Shown here piece after piece: positions 63,712-64,000 of a stretch of DNA of 64,000 bases; position 1 is the stretch's first letter; each line of letters starts with the position of its first letter. Below the pieces are notes generated by a model. It worked only from the letters and a program-made list of their open reading frames with translations. It was not told the DNA's origin and did no database searches. The DNA is from a virus (lineage: Duplodnaviria; Caudoviricetes): positions 1 through 64,000 of IMG/VR virus record IMGVR_UViG_3300014039_000024, one strand, 5' to 3'. The translations under genes were made by a program, and so were the position numbers.

Positions 63712-64000
63712 ATGGAAGAAATTGTGATTAAGATGCGTCACTTTAAGAACGGCAGACCGCCTGTTGCTATGGAGTTTATGCCCGACTGTGGAGAGAACCT
63801 AAAGGGCGTTCAAGCCGTCTACTTTTTCAAGTTTTACAATGATGATGAACTTGAATTTAACAAAGTAGGCACTTCTGGGAAAGATGTTGTAGGCCGTTTG
63901 CGTGATGAAATCGGCGAGTATGCGAAAAAGTATTCTATTACTCGCGTTGAGATTCACCGCATCCGCTCTTGCGGGGACTACCCCGCCGAGGGTGCGGAAT
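63712..64000 (+). CDS. GIY-YIG-like protein (partial, runs off window)
   Basis: GAAAGGA RBS; AVYFFKF..NKVGTS..VGRL. Confidence 0.55.
   Translation, partial: MEEIVIKMRHFKNGRPPVAMEFMPDCGENLKGVQAVYFFKFYNDDELEFNKVGTSGKDVVGRLRDEIGEYAKKYSITRVEIHRIRSCGDYPAEGAE

Overview
A 64-kb segment of a large tailed dsDNA phage (siphovirus-type, SPbeta-like head/tail gene order). The host is probably a gut, spore-forming Firmicute, judging from strong AGGAGG/GAAAGGAG RBSs, sigma-A consensus promoters and a SpoVT/AbrB-like gene. The window has two very different halves. (1) 1-47.9 kb, minus strand, very AT-rich: a packaging and virion module (TerL, portal, protease/scaffold, capsid, neck, tail tube, 2747-aa tape measure, tail-tip proteins, a 2564-aa LamG/CotH-like/LRR protein). 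The supplied ORF track fragments these genes because the phage appears to read TAG as Gln (translation table 15). With TAG read through, the fragments join in frame into RBS-led genes ending in TAA/TGA. (2) 48.1-64 kb, plus strand, more GC-rich after a C9 tract at 49,085: about 40 small early-type genes with no TAG in any form, about 30 near-consensus sigma-A promoters and many terminators. This early arm is punctuated every ~1.85 kb by eight copies of a composite element. Each copy has a GC-rich hairpin (27 nt in six copies) conserved in structure rather than sequence, and a TGCACAA..TTGTGCA inverted repeat (degenerate in some). In the four most complete copies the hairpin sits between head-to-head promoters, predicting ~100-115-nt antisense RNAs. 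That array, a set of promoters whose -35 box sits in a hairpin apex, and several candidate ncRNAs are the best leads for an undescribed system. No suppressor tRNA, lysis genes, integrase or CRISPR array were recognised. All protein calls come from motif recognition by eye, without database searches.
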